DNA from: Lama guanicoe
Taxonomy: Eukaryota
DNA length: 64,000 bases
Direction: 5' to 3'
Assembly: GCA_013239625.1 (NCBI GenBank)
Contig: MU054098.1
Location: forward strand, 1,675,104 to 1,739,103
Shown: in pieces, positions 13,265 through 25,649 of the stretch
How the letters are laid out: the number at the start of each line of letters is the position of its first letter
Position numbering within the stretch: position 1 is the first letter of the stretch
Made by a program: the position numbers and the translations under genes
The notes under the pieces: model-generated
What the model was told of the DNA's origin: nothing
What the model saw: the letters and a program-made list of their open reading frames with translations, nothing else
The model's database searches: none

Positions 13265-14114
13265 CTAAAAACCAGAGGATAAAAAATGAATTGCTTCATC
13301 CAGTGAAAATAGTCCATCTATTTTACTCAAAGGAAAGTTTCCAGGCTCCTCCTATTCATATCCCATGTGTATGTAATTCTAAGTACCTTGGTTATATGCT
13401 TTGTCAACTTCTGTCTATATATTAGAATGAAAGAAGGAATGCTAATCCAGGAAATCACACTCTGTAAGAAGTGACATGTGACACCACAGGAGAACACAAA
13501 ATATAGAAGTGACAGGTGTAACTACCATTTCTCCCCACAAAAAGAAAAAAAATGCTGTTGTCTTAAGCCACTTATTACTGGAGCAAATATGGAAGCACAT
13601 TTAATGAAGTCCAGAGGGTATCACCACATTCCAGCATAATGTAAGCTTGATGCTAATAATGATGGCCCTGAGCCATTAATAAAAGGTAGACTAAATAAAA
13701 GGACACATTTACTCTCTTTAAAGTGATGGAAAAGTGGGTCACATATTATTAAAAGACGTGCTAAAATTTTTTTAATACTGTTTAAAGGAATATGCCCAAC
13801 ATACAGGTATCCAAAATAGCTCATTTTCAGATCATTTCTAAATGGCTCAGATTTCACTGTATGAGCACTTAAGACTACTGGCAACTCAAGACTTCTGGAC
13901 AGGAGGCTTTGAATTAAAGCAAAATAAGATATACTTTTCTATACATTCAACTGTATTTCTGTAAGTTAGATGTTCTATATCAGAGGTTTTCAAATGAGAG
14001 TTTCTTGGAGCTCTTCAGAAATAAGATAGTAGGAGGCTTCTACCCTGTTTTCTATTTTTTATTTATTGAGCTTCCAAGTAAAAGTTTATTTGCAGAAAAA
14101 GGTCTAATGCATTT

Positions 14115-14464
14115 TAAAGTTTTACTGAAGTATAAATTATAAAATATAAACTGCACATTTTTATGTGAACAATTTGGCTAGTTCTGATATTGATACACTC
14201 GTGAAACGAGTAACGTAAGCAAAACTGTGAGCATATCTATCACCCCTGACACTGTACACGTAGCACTAACAAGCCCTCTTTCCCACCCCTCTCAAGCAAC
14301 CCCTCGTTTTCCTTCTGTCACTATTGATTAGATTGCATTCTTTAGAATTTTATATAAATGAAATAATAAACTATGTATTCAGTTTTCTGGCTTCTTGAAC
14401 TTCTCAAAATTATTATGAGATTAATTCAAATTATGTATGAATAGTATATTATAGTATGTGTGTA

Positions 14465-14496
<32 letters not shown>

Positions 14497-15470
14497 GTAT
14501 ATATTCATAATATAGTATCAATATTTCATTCATTTTGTTGATGAGTAGTATTCCATTTTGTCACCATAGAGAAATTTCTTTTTTCATTCACCTTTAAAGG
14601 ATATTCGAGTGGTTTCAAGTTTGGGGCCATGATGAATAAAGCTCCTATGAACATTGTATGACATTGTATATATGTAGACATATTCTTTCTTTCCTCTTGG
14701 GTAAATGCCTAGGAGTGGGATGGCTGGATTATGAGGATGTATGCTTAGCTTTTTAAGAAATTGCCAAACTGTTTTCCAAAGTGGTTGGGCAATTTTACAT
14801 TCCCACCAGCAATATGTGAAAGTCCCAGTTGATCCACATCCTCATCAATATTTAATTTACTTTTACATTTTTTAATTTTAGCCATTCTAATAGGCTGTAA
14901 TGGTATCACACTGTGATTTTGACTTGCACTTCCCTAATAACTGATGATATTGAACATATTTTTATGTGTCTATCTGCCAGCTGTACATACTAATTGGTAA
15001 AGTATCTGTTCAAATATTTTCCCCACTTTTTATTGGGTTGTTTCTTTTCTTATTAAGTTTTCTGAGTTGTTTATAAGCTCTGAATGAAAGCCCTGTATCA
15101 GATGTACTCACGGTAAAGATTTTCTCCCATTTGTGGCTAGTCTTTTCAGTTTCCTAGTAGTGTCTTTTATAGGGAAGATTACATCTTGACAAAGCACATT
15201 TTATAGATTTTACTTTCATAAGGATCATGCTCTTGATGTAATAACTAAAAAATATTTGACTAACCCAAAGTCAGAAATATTTTCTCCTATGTTTTCTTCT
15301 AAATTTTTTTTTTAGTTTTAGGTTACGTATTTGGGACTAGGGTCTATTTTACATTAATTTTCGTTTATGGTGTGAGATACCGATTGAAGGGGGGTTTTTG
15401 CATATGGATTTCCAATTATTCCAACTCTGTTTGTTGAAGACTATTCTTTCTCCACTGAATTGTTTTCATT
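14115..15470 (-). mobile_element. Old L1 3' region (L1MC/L1MD-like) with internal (TG)n(TA)n
   Basis: Antisense L1 motifs CCTAGGAGTGGGATGGCTGGAT, TTGCCAAACTGTTTTCCAAAGTGG, TTTACATTCCCACCAGCAAT. Confidence 0.88.
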
Positions 15471-16618
15471 CTACCTCAATCCTCCTCACTGTGGTGTGCC
15501 TGGATACTGCCTCAACACAGTAAGCTGGGGCAATTATCGTGCTGACCTCATTTGTTTTCCATCTCTGAGGCTACTGCCATTCATTAGCTGATGTCCATTA
15601 TCTCAAAAATGTTGTTTTGTTTCTTCTCTATTTGTTTGTTTGCTTTTAGTTGCTACACATAGGAGGATAGACCTGACCTTTGTTATTCCATATTAACTAG
15701 GATCAGAAGTTCTAAATCTTTATCATACAATTTAAAATTCCTGATACAGAAATAAATTTATGATAATGTCTAAAGTGAAAATGAGAAAACATTTCATATT
15801 TTAAAACTAATTAGTTCTTGACTTTTACTCCTAATATGCCCTCTCTATAGAGAAAATTCCTTTGAAATTCTGCCAAGATGCTTCATGAGCCCTAAATCTG
15901 TCATCTGTAAAACCTCTGACCCTATGTAAAGTGGCCTACATTGTCTGACTGCTATTCACATGTACCTGAGTATTGTCATAGGACAGTATCCAAAATATTT
16001 TAGAATGCATGACAAAATTTTGTCATAGTTGACAGTAAATGGGATGAATAGAAGCAACTCGTCAGTCACATATTTTAGTTACCTGAATGTTGGTTGATGT
16101 CCCCTTGGTACTCAGAATTTATTCAGATATGAAATATTTGGAGAACTTATAAAAATTGGCATTCCTAGGACCAACTTTAAATCTATAGAATGAGAATATG
16201 GGAGTTGAGCCTGGGGAGGAAACATGCAGGGTAACTCCATTTTAAACAAACTCTTCAGATAATTTTTTATGCATGTTACCTGTTTTATACCAGCCCCTGT
16301 CCTTAGCACTCATATTTGTTACTTAAAGGCTAAGATACAGCCTCATTCTTTAAAAGAAATTCAATGTGTGTGTGTGTTAATATATTGTATAAGTATTAAA
16401 ACAGAGATATGTATAAGTACTGAGTGAAGGCTCAGAAGAGGGAGTTACATGTGAATACAGTCTTGAGAGATAAACAGAAATTCTTACCAGATAGTAATTT
16501 AAGAGGAAAGGATTGGAGGTCTAATGAGTGAATGAATATCTTTGCAAAGACTTGGCCCTGCAGAAGGTGAAGGACATTTGAAAGAATGAGGAGAAATTTG
16601 GTGAAAAAGGCAATAGGG

Positions 16619-16792
16619 CAGTGTTTCTGAAATTGGAGTACGTGAATCTCCTGGGGGCTTGTTAAAAAATCCTTATTCCCATGTCCTATTCCAGAACTAC
16701 AGACGCAGAAACTTAGGGAGGACTTCAGAGATCTCATTGTCAACAACTTCTCCTGGTGATTCTAATATGCAATAATATTTGAGAAATACTCA
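16619..16792. mobile_element. MER5A-like hAT-Charlie MITE (another MER5-like remnant at about 16100-16300)
   Basis: CAGTGTTTCTGAAA ... GGTGATTCTAATATGCA ... TTTGAGAAATACT. Confidence 0.65.
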
Positions 16793-18239
16793 TCAGGTTG
16801 ATTTGTCTTTATTCTTCCATTGACCTTTCTTTTTAGAATGAATGAATGTAAAGCAGTTATGTAAGCATGCCCAAATTGCCAGTGCTTACCAAACCATGTC
16901 AGACAAATATTACCTTCATTACCTCCCAAAATAATAGGGGAAAAAATGTAAATACTGCTCCAACCCATTGTAGTCTGGTAGTATTTACATTCTTTTTGGC
17001 AGAAAACTTTCTACTTTATATTTATTTTTATACTTAGATTAAGCATTAGCAAAATGCTGGTCAAAGGTTTTTAAATTGTTGTCAGAGACCATAGTTTTTA
17101 CCAAATTTAGTGAAAGATATATTGAGAATTATAGAACCTCATTCAAAATAGGACAATATACAGAGGGGAAAAAAGTCCTTTCAAATAAAGATACCCTTAA
17201 GATAGGTATTGGATGTATTCCTCAACACCTATTTTATTTACATAACAGGCTCACTTCAATATATGTAACATTCATTTTTCTTTTTACTGTGGAGTTTGGG
17301 TGTTTTTAATTCAATTTTCAGATATATTTCATTTAATTAAATTTAATACAAAGACAGATTTAAGTTTCTATACTTTCTGTAAATGCCTGGTCACTTTATA
17401 ATGTAGACACCAAAGTGCCTTTTATAATAAGTTTACTTTTTTAAAAAATATTTTGAAAAAATTTTAAATAAAAAAACAATACTTTGCCTTTCATTTCTCT
17501 GATAGAAATATTCAAGAATATGTCAATTAGTAGTTACATTCAAAATGTTTATGTTTTTGTTTCCTGAAAAAAGAACTCTTCCATTTACCAGGAACCCCAA
17601 AGAACCTACATGCTTTATAGGCTTTTAACTCACTAATAAACTGGCAAAGTCTGTGTGAGAAAATCAAGAGCACTGTACTCTGCTGAAGATGACCTCTCAT
17701 CAGACTTCAGACAAAAGAAAAAATGTGACTGAAGAAATCACTTTGAGTGATGGACTATTTTTATTAATTACAGATAGTAAGAGCCATTAATCAGGAACAA
17801 TGGATAATGTATGACTTGAAGATGGAAACATACTTCATGCAATTATGGTTAATGTTTTCTCATAATCAAGATGAGTTACGTATCTAAGTAAGTAACTGAG
17901 TAAAACACAATTCTCAAGTATCAGCCTATGGCCATTAACTAATGCTTTATATTTGGCCTTTCCTGGGATCCCCAGATTCACTTGTACATCAAATATGTAT
18001 TAAAGATTGCTTTACTTTACACATTGTATGTTAGATTATATTCTTACATCTGACCACATAGCCTACTCTAAGACATCTCATGTTGAATTTACATGATATA
18101 TTTATGACTAAGTGCCACAATGGAGATATGTACTACATGCCATGAAAATACAAACATACAAGAAATAAACCATTTCCCTCTAGAGTAGCCAGGTAGAAGT
18201 TAATTGAAAAGGTGAAATTAAAGCAAAAAAAGAAAGAAA

Positions 18240-18929
18240 GAAAGAAAGAAAATGGGAAAAGGGTATTCCAGGCAAAGAGAACAGCACATGCAAATGCCCC
18301 AGATATGTTTTGGGGTTGGCTAGTGAAGATCAAACTGTAGTATGACTACAGGATGCTCAGGATGGCAATGTGAAACCACTGAAGACTTTCAAGCAGAGGC
18401 AATGGTAACAATCACAGCTGTATTTTACAAGGTCATTGTGGCTTCAAGGTGGAGACTGAATTGAAGTGAAGAAGAATGGTTTCATTTTCAAACATGTTAA
18501 ATATGAAATATATGCAGAATATCATGGAGGGATATTTAGTGCACAGTTGGGCACAAGAATTAGAGCTTAGGAGGAAGGAGGCTGCTGGAGATACAAATTC
18601 CTATGGAGTCCACTGAAATAGATAGGATTACCTAGAGGGAATATACATGCAAGAAAAAAAAATAAATGATGACAGCAATGGCTTCAAAAGCAATAACATT
18701 CAAGTATTGGGTAGAGAAAGAGGAGCCAGCAAAAATGATGAAATAATGAGAGAGGTAGAAGAAATAAGAGAAGGCAAAAGAGAAGAGGTTTTTGTGTTTT
18801 GTTTGTTTGTTTGAACAACATGGCTAAACACTGCAGAGAAACCAGGTACAATGAGGAACTAAGAAACAGAATTCTGGATTTGGCAGTTTCAGGAAAATGA
18901 TGGGGATACAAAGCAAAATGCAATAGGTT
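18240..18929 (-). mobile_element. L2 fragment, host of the young L1; resumes after 20566
   Basis: Antisense L2 motifs TATTCCAGGCAAAGAGAACAGCACATGCAAA and CCACTGAAGACTTTCAAGCAGAG. Confidence 0.75.
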
Positions 18930-18946
18930 AAGAATGTGAGAAAATG

Positions 18947-20549
18947 TATCTTGTCTTATGTTTAAGTCTTTGATCCATTTTGAGTTGATTTTTGTATATG
19001 GTGTAAGGGAGTGTTCTAGCTTCATTGTTTTCCATGCTGCTGTCCAGTTTTCCCAACACCATTTGCTGAAGAGACTGTCTTTATTCCATTGTATATTCTT
19101 GCCTCCTTTGTCGAAGATGAGTTGACCAAAAGTTTGTGGGTTCATTTCTGGGCTCTCTATTCTGTTCCATTGGTCTATATGTCTGTTTTGGTACCAATAC
19201 CATGCTGTCTTGATGACTGTAGCTCTATAGTATTGTCTGAAACTGGACAGCAGCATGTAAAACAATGAAGCTAGAGTACAGCCTTACACAATATACAAAA
19301 ATCAACTCAAAATGGATTAAAGACTTTAACATAAGACAAGATACAATAAACCTCCTAGAGGAAAACATAGGCAAAACATTATCCGACAAACATTTCAAAA
19401 ATTTTCTCCTAGAAGAAATAAAAGCAAGAATAAACAAATGGGACCTAATGAAACTTACAAGCTTCTGCACAGCAAAGGAAACCGGAAGTAAAACAAGAAG
19501 ACAACCTACGGAATGGGAGAAACTTTTTGCAAATGAAACCAACAAAGGCTTGATCTCCAGAATATATAAGCAGCTCATATGACTTAATAAGAAAAAAACA
19601 AACAACCCAATCCAAAAATGGGCAGAAGACCTAAACAAGCAATTCTCCAAGGAAGACATACAAATGATCAAAAGGCACATGAAAAAATGCTCAATATCAC
19701 TAATTATCAGAGAAATGCAAATCAAAACTACAATGAGGTATCACCTCACACCAGTCAGAATGGCCGTCATTCAAAAATCCACAAATGACAAATGCTGGAG
19801 AGGCTGTGGAGAAAGGGGAACCCTCCTACACTGCTGGTGGGAATGCAGTTTGGTGCAGCCACTATGGAAAACAGTGTGGAGATTCCTCAAAAGACTAGGA
19901 ATAGACTTACCATATGACCCAGGAATCCCACTCCTGGGCTTGTATCCAGAAGGAAATCTACTTCAGGATGACACCTGCACTCCAATGTTCATAGCAGCAC
20001 TATTTACAATAGCCAAAACATGGAAACAGCCTAAATGTCCATCAACAGGTGACTGGATAAAGAAGAGGTGGTATATTTATACAATGGAATACTACTCAGC
20101 CATAAAAACCGACAACATAATGCCATTTGCAGCAACATGGATGCTCCTAGAGAATGTCATTCTAAGTGAAGTAAGCCAGAAAGAGAAAGAAAAATACCAT
20201 ATGAGATCGCTCATATGTGGAATCTAAAAAACAAAAACAAACAAACAAACAAAAACAAAGCATAAATACAGGACAGAAATAGACTCACAGACAGAGAATA
20301 CAGACTTGTGGTTGCCAGGAGGGTGGAGAGTGGGAAGGGACAGACTGGGATTTCAAAACTGTAGAATAGATAAACGAGATTACACTGTATAGCACAGGGA
20401 AATATACATAAAATGTTATAACTCACAGAGGAAAAAAATGTGACAGTGAGTGTGTATATGTCCATGAATGATTGAAAAATTGTGCTGAACACTGGAATTT
20501 GACACAACATTGTAAAATGATTATAAATCAATAAAAAATGTTAAAAAAA
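18947..20549 (+). mobile_element. Young 5'-truncated, 5'-inverted L1 (inverted part about 18947-19241, sense part about 19240-20549)
   Basis: Perfect 17-bp TSD AAGAATGTGAGAAAATG at 18930-18946 and 20550-20566; TT|AAGA endonuclease site; ORF2 C-terminus (19265-20227) in one frame with an in-frame TGA at 19580-19582; AATAAA plus A tail. Confidence 0.96.
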
Positions 20550-20939
20550 AAGAATGTGAGAAAATGGAGGCAAAAAGTGTAGACTCCTCTAATAAGAAGT
20601 TCGCTGTGCAAAGAAGAATACTAACACCTGGCATATTATAGGCATTCAATAAATCTTTGTGTAAGAGTGAAGGGAAAGAAGGGAGGGAAGAAGACACTTA
20701 GAAAAATGGCCTGATGGACAAATGAGAAAGTTTCCTTAAAATGAGGATCTTACCGAAAAGAGAAGTGATCTTAGCAATAACCAGAGGAAAGTTGTTTTTT
20801 GTTTGTTTGTTTTGCCCATAAGAAGCTAAAAGAGCATGTCTAACTCTGAAAAGTATGAACAGTACACAAAGTTATAAGCAGAGTAACTGTTCCACGAATA
20901 AGTAATTAATCCATTTATCATTTTAGACTCTAAGAAAAG

Positions 20940-21265
20940 TGTCACAGGGCCTTTGCATGCTGCTTCCTCGATCTGGAATGTCATTTCCTCAGAGAAGCGG
21001 TTTCTAATCCTCCAAAATGAGGCCATATTCTTCATATGATACTCTCTCTACTATGGTCCCAAATGCCTTTCCTTCACAACTCATGTCTCAGTTGGTAATT
21101 ACACATTTGTTTGTGGGATTGTTAGATTCTCTTCCTACTCTACAAATTTGACTACAAATTCTGTGAGAGGATGTGGCAGACCTGTCTCTGTTCATCAAAA
21201 TGCCCTCAGTGCCTAGCACCGTGTCTGATAAATAGTAGGCACTCAACAAATATTTGCTGAATGAA
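20940..21265 (+). mobile_element. L2 3' end
   Basis: AGTGCCTAGCAC...TAGTAGGCACTCAACAAATATTTGCTGAATGAA. Confidence 0.85.
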
Positions 21266-21669
21266 GGACCAAATGAGAGGTCTAATTGGTGAAAAAATTT
21301 CCTGAACTCAGAGCCTTGCACTGGAAAAAGGTTCATGCTCTCTGTGGCCTTTTCCTTTGAGGCAAATACAGGTAAAGATCAATCAAACTGAGATAATTTA
21401 TATCAGACTCATTGTAACAAGTGTCACCCCCAGGACCTGTAATTCATAGCTCTTTTTGACAGATTTCTTGATGAATAGTGAAATTTTTTACTTGGAACAT
21501 GGGAACTCCTTTATGGTTAATGACATTTCTCAATAGCTTCCTAAAGACACTTTTAATGTTAACCCCCATTAAATGGGCACCATAGCACCTCTATCCCCAG
21601 AAGCAGCAGGGGCTTTGTATAAGAGTAAGGAGATGATTAAGATAAGAATTCCAAACAAATAAAGCAAGC

Positions 21670-21935
21670 AGAGAGCACAGGAGCCAGATGTCTGAGTTCA
21701 AATTCTAGCTTCATTTTCTAGATTTGTAAACTTTCTAGATTTGTAAACAAGTTATTTAACCTCTCTGAGACTCAGTTTCCTCATCTTTGAAATATGGATA
21801 TCAAAATGGATACCACTATCACCTAACAGTTTTTCTCAAAATTAATTTAGTTAACATATGTAAAGGACTTAGAACAGCACCTGTCATATAGTACATGCTC
21901 AGTAAGTATTAGTTGTTTTTATATTATTATTATTG
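21670..21935 (+). mobile_element. MIR, near full length, with an internal 17-bp tandem duplication (21715-21748)
   Basis: CAAGTTATTTAACCTCTCTGAGACTCAGTTTCCTCATCT core; TTTCTAGATTTGTAAAC twice. Confidence 0.88.
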
Positions 21936-22851
21936 TTGCTCAATGTATATGACTAGCCTTGCTCTAAAAATTCAGTATTTAAGGTTCAGAAAACATACCA
22001 CCTAAACCACATAGTAATGCAATCCACATTTGCCACTTGTCCCTATTCAATGGCTTCACAATTAAGAGGAAATAAACTTAACTTTGTAAGACTTTTTACT
22101 CCTATTCGCTTTCCAGATAACTAAAAGAAAGTAAAAACATTGTATTTTAGCTTTTATTCCCTCCTCCACTACAACTCTCCCAGGCCTCTCCTTCCCACTT
22201 ACCTTCAGGAGGATCCTCCAACCAGTTTATCCATTTCTAAAGCGGGGAATCTGTTCCTATGTATCTCCTGCAAGCACTGACAAGATAAGCTGACAAGTCT
22301 CAAGCAAATAAGCTTATAGAGGCCACCTACATAGGTTTGTTTAGCTTGCAAGCAACTCATACTATTTACCTACAAAAAAATCTTTGGTCTTGCCCAGCTG
22401 TGTTTGAATCAGTTTAACTTCCAATGAGGTTAACTTTTCAGATGAAAAAGAAACATCATTCCTTCTGGATTAAATTCAAAGAAATACCCATCTGCATGAC
22501 AGGATGGGTGCAGAATGCCACTGTGACAGAGAGGTGGCCTAAAGATGCCTTTACATATTGAAAAGCAGGGGATATAAGGCTAAGCCCTGGTGATTTTGTT
22601 GATTTAAAAGGTCTTAAGGACAGAAGAACAGTTGCTTTTTGGCATTTTCAAGTTTTATTTTGTTTAGATAAGTAATGATAATATAGAATATGTCATGATG
22701 CATTCCGAAAGAGAAGTATAAACAAACTGTTCTGCCTTCATAACCCAGAGGAAACTGTAACTAGGGCTTCTAGCAATAGATTCTTTTTTAATATTCTAAT
22801 TCAAAAGCACAAACTTCGGAATATAAAACATGCTTTCAAGTAGGAAGAAAA

Positions 22852-23096
22852 TGTAGTTCTCTGGATTTCTTACATAAAAAGAGGGTTTTCTCGGGCAGAG
22901 TGACATACTTTATGAATAATTGATAGCAAAGAGTGTATTTGCCTTAGTGTCTAATGGTCTGAATTCCTCCTGGAATTGTAGTTCTCTAGATTTCTTACAT
23001 AAAAAGAGGGTTTTCTCGGGCAGAGAGACATACTTTATGAATAACTGATAGCAAAGAGTGTATTTGCCTTAGTGTCTAATGGTCTGAATTCCTCCT
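22852..23096. repeat. 120-bp tandem duplication with a 5-bp spacer
   Basis: 22852-22971 vs 22977-23096, 3 mismatches; spacer GGAAT. Confidence 0.95.
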
Positions 23097-23339
23097 AACT
23101 TGCTATGTGACCTTGCCAAGTACCTTCACCTCCCTAGTACAGATATTCAACCTCAAAAATGTCTTGAGACGGTGAAATTAGATAAAATTGCTTTGAAAGT
23201 ATTTTGAAAAGGTTTCAGGTCCTCTAGTACTGTCTGGTGTTATTACCATATAGATTGAAATCAAGAAAAATTTGCTTAACTCATAATCCTGAGTTAGTAT
23301 ATATGCTATTAATTAATTTTATTACATTTTAATTTTAAA

Positions 23340-24600
23340 AGGTTATGCATGTCACCTCTTTTCCTAGAAAGATGGCAGATTAAAAATCTTGAGAAAAATA
23401 CATTAAAGCTCCAAGGAATTATGGATAAAATATAATAAGCATGCTATTAAATTCATAGCTGATCAAAATGTAAAATTTAAAATATTCATGTATGAGATCC
23501 CAAGAAAGAGAGCAAATTTTTGAGTCAGGAAGAAAGGGAGAGAGAGAAGGATTAGAGGAAGGAGAGGGAGAGAAAGACAAAAATAGGGAGACAGAGAGAG
23601 AGGGAGATGGAAATCAGAGCAAGAAGCTAATTACAAAGCTGCCGTTTCTCTGAAGAGATTTACTAACATCAAAAATAAAAAATTTGGATTAATAAAGGAA
23701 AGATCTGTGAACTATTAAATAGATCTAACAAAATCACCAAAAATTCTGTCTAGAAATACAAAGAGGTGGAAAATATTAAAACAGAAGTTTAGAAACATGG
23801 CAAAAAAATGAGAAGGTCCAACGCGTATATGATAGGACTCCTAGAGAAAGAGAATTACGAGAATGAGGGAGGCTCAAGAGCCAAAGAGGTAATGATCGAT
23901 ACCTTCAGACTAAAGAAACACAGTGAATCACAAGCACGATAAATTAAAAGAGGTCCACATCTGACATGTCATAGTGAAACTGAAGAATGCCAAAACAAAA
24001 AGATGTTAAAAATAGCCAAAGAGTAAAGATAAAATCACTTTAAAGGAATGACTACTAAACAGACAGTAGACTTCTCCAGAGTAGTACCAGAAAACATGAC
24101 AGTGTACTAATAACTTCAAAATGCTGAGAAAATATACCAGCTCTCATTCAAAATTCACTTTTCTATAAAACAAAAATGGAGAGAATTTACATAAAACAGA
24201 CCTTCACTGAGGAGAATTTTAATGGATATACTTCAGGAATAAGGAAAGGGGAGCCTTCCAAAAGGAGAGCTTAAAACACAAAAAGAAATGATGAGAAAAG
24301 AATAAGAGGATTTGCATAAATATAAAAAATTAATTGAATAAAATAATAGTGTCTTATTAGAGGAGTAAAAAGGAAAATAAGATAAAACTAAAATACAGGA
24401 AAGTAGTAACACGTAAAATGGAGATGGAGTGATGAGAGTCAAAGCATTCTAAATCTGTAGATTGTTCAAGAGAAGCCTAGAAATATTGACTCACTTTAGA
24501 TTCCATTTGGTTTGCATCTTAAATTTTTAATGGTAACTACTAAAAGAATGCAAATAGAGTGTATTTTCTTCCAAACTGTTAGAAGGAGCATGAAAAAAAA
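23340..24600 (+). mobile_element. Ancient L1/HAL1 ORF1-region remnant
   Basis: A-rich ORF1-like motifs (GAGAAGGTCCAAC..ATAGGACTCCTAGAG; CATAGTGAAACTGAAGAA; AGACAGTAGACTTCTC). Confidence 0.6.
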
Positions 24601-24619
24601 TGTATAAAGGAAATGATAC

Positions 24620-25635
24620 ATTTCTGGCCATCTAGTCAGGAGCCTGGAAGGAAAAAGACTGGAAAATCAGAGACAAAGAATTCTGGAGTAGAAGCATATG
24701 AACTTATGGGAGTGGGCACTAAATGTAAAGATTTTTTATATTATACACTAATGCCCAGCAGACTGTATCTAATGTGGAAAAGGCAATGAGCAAACAAGTA
24801 GACAAAATAACTCAGCCAGTTGTCCCTACCTAACCTTTGTCATGGACCACTCTGGAAATGGTACAATGGGCACATGAACAAAGTGGCCAGGCTGGCAAAG
24901 ATGGAGGTTATATACAGCCCTAACACCATGGACTGCCACTTCCAAGGCTAGTTTAGCTAGTGCTGCCTCTGAATCTCCAAGCTGCCAGCAACAGGGACAA
25001 ATGCTGAGTTCATGCTATGGCTCTATGCCTCGAGGAGACCAGCCAGCCACTTGGTGGTAAGTCATATACATCAAGTCCCATCTATCTAAGAAAAGTCAGT
25101 GGTTTGTCCACATCAGGATATGTTTATTCTAGGTACTGTTGCCTTTCCTATCTGAGGAGCCTCAACCAACTCTACCATCTAGGTGCTTAAGAAAGGCTCA
25201 ATCCATGAGGATAGAATCCTACACAACATAGCATCCAACATTCCACCAAGGTACATACTTTCAAAGGAGGTGCAGAAATGGCCTCACGGCCATGGTATCC
25301 ACAGTTGGTGTCACATGCAGCACTCTCCAGAAACAACTGACTTCACACAGCATTGGAATGGCCTTTTAAGGTCACAGCTAAAGCAAAAGCTCAGATGCAA
25401 AGCATTGCAGAGGAGTGCCATCCTCCAAAAAGCAGTAAATGTATTAAATTAGAGATCTGTATATGCCATTGTGTCCCCAAGAGGAAGAGTATGTGAGCCC
25501 AGGAACCAGGGGGTCAAAGCAGAAGTGGTCCTCTTACCATCACTTAAACGAAGAGGATTGCACATCTTCACAATCCTAGGTTCTGCATGGTTAGGGACTC
25601 TGGTGCCCAAAGAGGGTACACTCTTGTCAGTGAAT
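24620..25635 (+). mobile_element. ERVL-class internal pol remnant (RNase H/integrase; ERV3-16A3/ERVL-E-like)
   Basis: Translates to WKEKDWKIRDKEFWSR, AHEQSGQAGKDG, RGDQPATWW and HSPETTDFTQHWNGLLRSQL, which resemble ERVL motifs; stops and frameshifts present. Confidence 0.85.
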
Positions 25636-25649
25636 CCTTTCTATTAACT

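Noticed and set aside
16009..16026. Perfect 18-bp palindrome ATGACAAAATTTTGTCAT
   Set aside because: A palindrome with 9-bp arms is roughly expected by chance in 64 kb of AT-rich DNA, and it has no supporting context.
18684..20227. Longest ORFs (193, 166, 105 and 187 aa) as genes
   Set aside because: All are L1 ORF2 C-terminal fragments or their antisense frames within a truncated insertion; the 193-aa ORF also runs into flanking L2. There is no EN or RT domain, so the element cannot be active.
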